This document shows, piece after piece, positions 63,786-64,000 of a stretch of 64,000 bases of DNA. The DNA comes from a virus. Taxonomy: Duplodnaviria > Heunggongvirae > Uroviricota > Caudoviricetes. The stretch covers positions 1 through 64,000 of IMG/VR virus record IMGVR_UViG_3300045996_000852; one strand, 5' to 3'. The position numbers and the translations under genes were made by a program. Each line of letters starts with the position of its first letter. Position 1 is the stretch's first letter. The notes under the pieces were generated by a model. That model was given only the letters and a program-made list of their open reading frames with translations. It was not told the origin of the DNA and ran no database searches.

Positions 63786-64000
63786 ACTGCCGTATTTAAT
63801 TGATAATCAAAATCAAGTCTCATAATACCATTCTGAGAATATGCATCTTTAGACATATTCCAGATGTTATTATTTTCAGCCCAACACAATTCATCCATTA
63901 GTTGATTAACACCTCTATATTCCCTATGAGAAAGTTTGAAACCATCAAGACCTGCTAACAAATCCTTTTCAGTACAAGGGAATATCAAAGGTCTACGATT
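63782..64000 (-). CDS. Hypothetical protein, partial (5' end beyond the window)
   Basis: The ORF-track start at 63988 is a TTG codon, and the frame stays open to the window edge. Confidence 0.4.
   Translation of the reverse strand, partial: NRRPLIFPCTEKDLLAGLDGFKLSHREYRGVNQLMDELCWAENNNIWNMSKDAYSQNGIMRLDFDYQLNTAV

Noticed and set aside
1-64000. Integrase, transposase, att-like direct repeats (mobile element or prophage boundaries)
   Set aside because: No recombinase or transposase-like ORF and no flanking direct repeats were seen. The window looks like a lytic phage genome interior.

Overview
This window reads as part of a virulent, AT-rich dsDNA phage genome, not a bacterial chromosome. The + strand is densely packed with overlapping starts (TAATG/ATGA) and no Shine-Dalgarno sequences. 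A TAnnTTTG-type -7 promoter box recurs in the intergenic regions, which points to a Bacteroidota host. Coordinates I read by hand from the sequence may be off by a nucleotide or two.

Layout:
- 1-1475: a tRNA array of 9 tRNAs: Met (partial), Ile, an Ala-like one, three Leu isoacceptors, two Ser and Tyr. A small basic ORF, terminators and hairpin repeats sit between them.
- 1950-51873, + strand: one long transcriptional direction.
  - Three tandem paralogous small proteins that look like helix-turn-helix DNA binders.
  - A metallophosphoesterase.
  - An SPFH/band-7 protein.
  - Very large virion proteins of 1550, 881, 4542 and 1677 aa. The 4542-aa ORF carries a DFDVD motif typical of crAss-like two-barrel virion RNA polymerases. 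On that basis I think the phage is crAss-like (Crassvirales-related), but I cannot confirm it without a search.
  - A tail-fibre module (398-aa collar-repeat protein plus a 2187-aa Gly/Thr/Ser-rich fibre).
  - A mucin-like poly-Thr protein.
  - A lysis cassette (putative holin, PF11860-like muramidase) with an ABO-blood-group-like GT6 glycosyltransferase.
- 51902-64000, - strand: a convergent block of nucleotide-metabolism and recombination genes.
  - RecA-like recombinase, ribonucleotide reductase, MazG.
  - HAD-type 5'-deoxynucleotidase, Nudix hydrolase, DHH-DHHA1 phosphoesterase.
  - A thymidylate-synthase-family enzyme with an atypical active-site context, and thioredoxin.

I found no integrase, transposase or CRISPR array. 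Every product call comes from motifs I read by eye, so none is backed by a database hit.
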